This document shows, one piece after another, positions 61,900 to 64,000 of a stretch of 64,000 nucleotides of DNA. Each line of letters opens with the position of its first letter. The first letter of the stretch is position 1. The position numbers were made by a program, and so were the translations under genes. The DNA is from Pristiophorus japonicus. Taxonomy: Eukaryota. Under the pieces are notes generated by a model. It worked only from the letters and a program-made list of their open reading frames with translations. It made no database searches and had not been told where the DNA came from. The stretch covers positions 86,118,001-86,182,000 of the forward strand of contig NC_091997.1 in assembly GCF_044704955.1 (NCBI RefSeq). The letters run 5' to 3'.

Positions 61900-62372
61900 T
61901 GTCAGCTGTGGATCAGTGGGCAGCACACTCGCCTCGGAGTCAGAGAGTTGTGGGTTCAAATCCCACTCCAGGGACTTGAGCACATAATCCAGGCTAACAC
62001 TCCAGTGCAGTGCTGAGGGAGTGTTGCACTGTCAGAGGTGCCATCCCATCTTTCGGATCAGACGTTAAACCGAGGCCCCGTCTGCTCTCTTCAGGTGGAC
62101 GTAAAAGATCCCATGGCACTATTTGGAAGAAGAGCAGAGGAATTATCCCCGGTGTCCTGGGGCCAATATTTATCCCTCAATCAACATCACAAAAAAACAG
62201 ATGATCTGGTCATTATCACATTGCTGTTTGTGGGAGCTTGCTGCGCGCAACTTGGCTGCCGCATTTCCCACATTACAACAGTGACTACACTCCAAAAGTA
62301 CTTCATTGGCTGTAAAGCACTTTGAGACATTCGGTGGTCATGAAAGGCGCTATAGAAATGCAAGTCTTTCTT
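61900..62372 (+). mobile_element. Full-length SacSINE1/DeuSINE-like SINE
   Basis: tRNA head (GGTTCAAATCC B box), Deu domain (gatcccatggcact...ccccggtgtcctgg), L2-like tail ggcgctatagaaatgcaag. Confidence 0.88.
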
Positions 62373-62514
62373 TGTTTTTCAACCTTTCAGGGCACGTCAG
62401 TAGTCCTGTATTCCGTTTAGAAAATCTGTGAAAATAATGCTCCTCTTTATTTTTATTATTTTGTTTTCAATTCCTTCCCCTGTGTTATTCCAGTGTGTAT
62501 TTAATTGTAAGGAG

Positions 62515-64000
62515 TGTTGTGTATCTGTAAAGCATGCACTCCCATGTTCTGCCACCAAGGAGGGCATCCCCTGAAGTCCCAAGGGATCCCAGCATCCCTT
62601 GGGAGCACTGTATATAAGCCGGCCCCGAAGGCCTGTTCCTCACTCTGGAGTGTCTTAATAAAGACTGAGGTCACTGTTATTTTAACCTCCCTGTGTGCAG
62701 TCTCATCTGTGTTAGGAACACAATAACTGGCGCCGAGAATACGAATCCAACGCAAAGATGCAACAAACTGTGGGCATCCTGGAGAAGTTCTCGGAGGGTG
62801 AGGACTGGGAAGTCTATGTCGAATGGCTAGACCAGTATTTTGTAGCCAACGAGCTGGACGGAGAAGGAAGCACTGCAAAAAGGAGAGCGGTCCTCCTCAC
62901 AGTCTGCGGGGCACCGACCTACAGCCTCATGAAGAATCTTCTGGCTCCAGTGAAACCCACAGATAAGTCGTATGAGGAGCTGTGTACACTGGTTCGGGAG
63001 CATCTTAACCCGAGGGAGAGCGTGCTGATGGCGAGGTATCGGTTCTACACGTGCCAGCGATCTGAAGGATAGGAAGTGGCGAGCTACGTCGCCGAGCTAA
63101 GGTCACTTGCAGGACAATGTGAGTTTGATGGCTACCTGGAGCAGATGCTCAGAGACTTTTTTGTACTCGGCATTGGCCACGAGACCATCCTACGAAAACT
63201 TTTGACTGTACAGACACCGACCCTGGCGGTTATGTCCACCAGTGCTAACACCAAAACAAATCTCTCAGCACACAAGTGCTAGCAATGTTCATAAATTAAC
63301 TGGAACTGTGTTTGCGAGCAGAAATGTACAGGGCAGAAACCACGAGTCTGCAACTGCCAGCAGACCTCAGGTGACCCAGATGACTCAGAGTCCCCAACAA
63401 GGGATGAATGCAAGGCAATTCACACCTTGTTGGCGTTGTGGAGGCTTCCATTCAGCCTATTCATGCCGCTTCAAAGGGTATGTTTGTAAGAGCTGTAGAA
63501 CAATGGGGCACCTCCAACGAGCTTGATGACAAGCAGCGAGCTCTGCAAAACCTGCTAACCACCACATGGCAGAGGAAGATCGGTCCATGGTGGATCAAAG
63601 CAATTTCGAGCATCAGTAAATGTCAAATTGAATGGCTTACCCGTAGCCATGGAACAGGACACTGGTGCTAGCCAATCCATCATCAATAAAAAGATGTTTG
63701 AGAGACTGTGGTGCAACAAGGCATTCAGACCAGCCCTGAGCCCCATCCACACGAAACTGAGAACGTACACCAAAGAGCTTATCACTGTCCTGGGCAGCGC
63801 CATGGTCAAGGTCACCTACGAGGACACGGTGCACGAACTGCCACTCTGGATTGTCCCGGGCGATGGCCCCACACTGCTTGGAAGGAGCTGGCTTGGCAAA
63901 ATCCGCTGTCACATGTCGATGAGGCCTCATGTACCCAGGTTCTTAACAAATTTCCTTCCCTTTTTGAGCCAGGCATTGGAAACTTTTCCGGGGCGAAGGT
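62515..64000 (+). mobile_element. Ty3/Gypsy (Mag-like) element, 5' part, runs off the window
   Basis: LTR 62515-62725, PBS TGGCGCCGAG at 62728, gag MQQTVGILEKF at 62758 with stop and frameshifts, CCHC knuckles, protease remnant. Confidence 0.93.

Noticed and set aside
61900-61970. tRNA-like sequence with A and B boxes
   Set aside because: It is the head of a SINE present many times in the window, not a tRNA gene.

Overview
Repeat-rich vertebrate genomic DNA, most likely a shark or other cartilaginous fish (inferred from SacSINE1/DeuSINE-like SINEs and the CR1, L2, RTE, Penelope and Mag-type Gypsy content; the species cannot be determined). Two protein-coding genes are visible. IREB2 (iron regulatory protein 2) contributes five consecutive internal coding exons on the minus strand (1375-10311). 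A complete three-exon CDS of an SLC25A44-like mitochondrial carrier lies on the plus strand (34019-46990, 313 aa). No upstream IREB2 exons were found in the remaining 53 kb, so SLC25A44 is either nested antisense in a very large IREB2 intron or the missing exons lie in the N gaps at 11.3-12.1 kb. The rest is nested transposable elements: two full-length degenerate Gypsy elements with 5-bp TSDs, a third running off the end, several solo LTRs, LINEs and SINEs. The most unusual observations are: a solo LTR inserted inside the SLC25A44 splice donor that rebuilds and duplicates it; a CR1 LINE that begins at base +1 of an IREB2 intron and supplies its donor; three 100-190 bp locally templated insertions; and an RTE retrocopy carrying about 200 bp of foreign 5' sequence. 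I found no clear new multi-gene system. Exon, LTR and TSD boundaries were read base by base; LINE/SINE boundaries are approximate.
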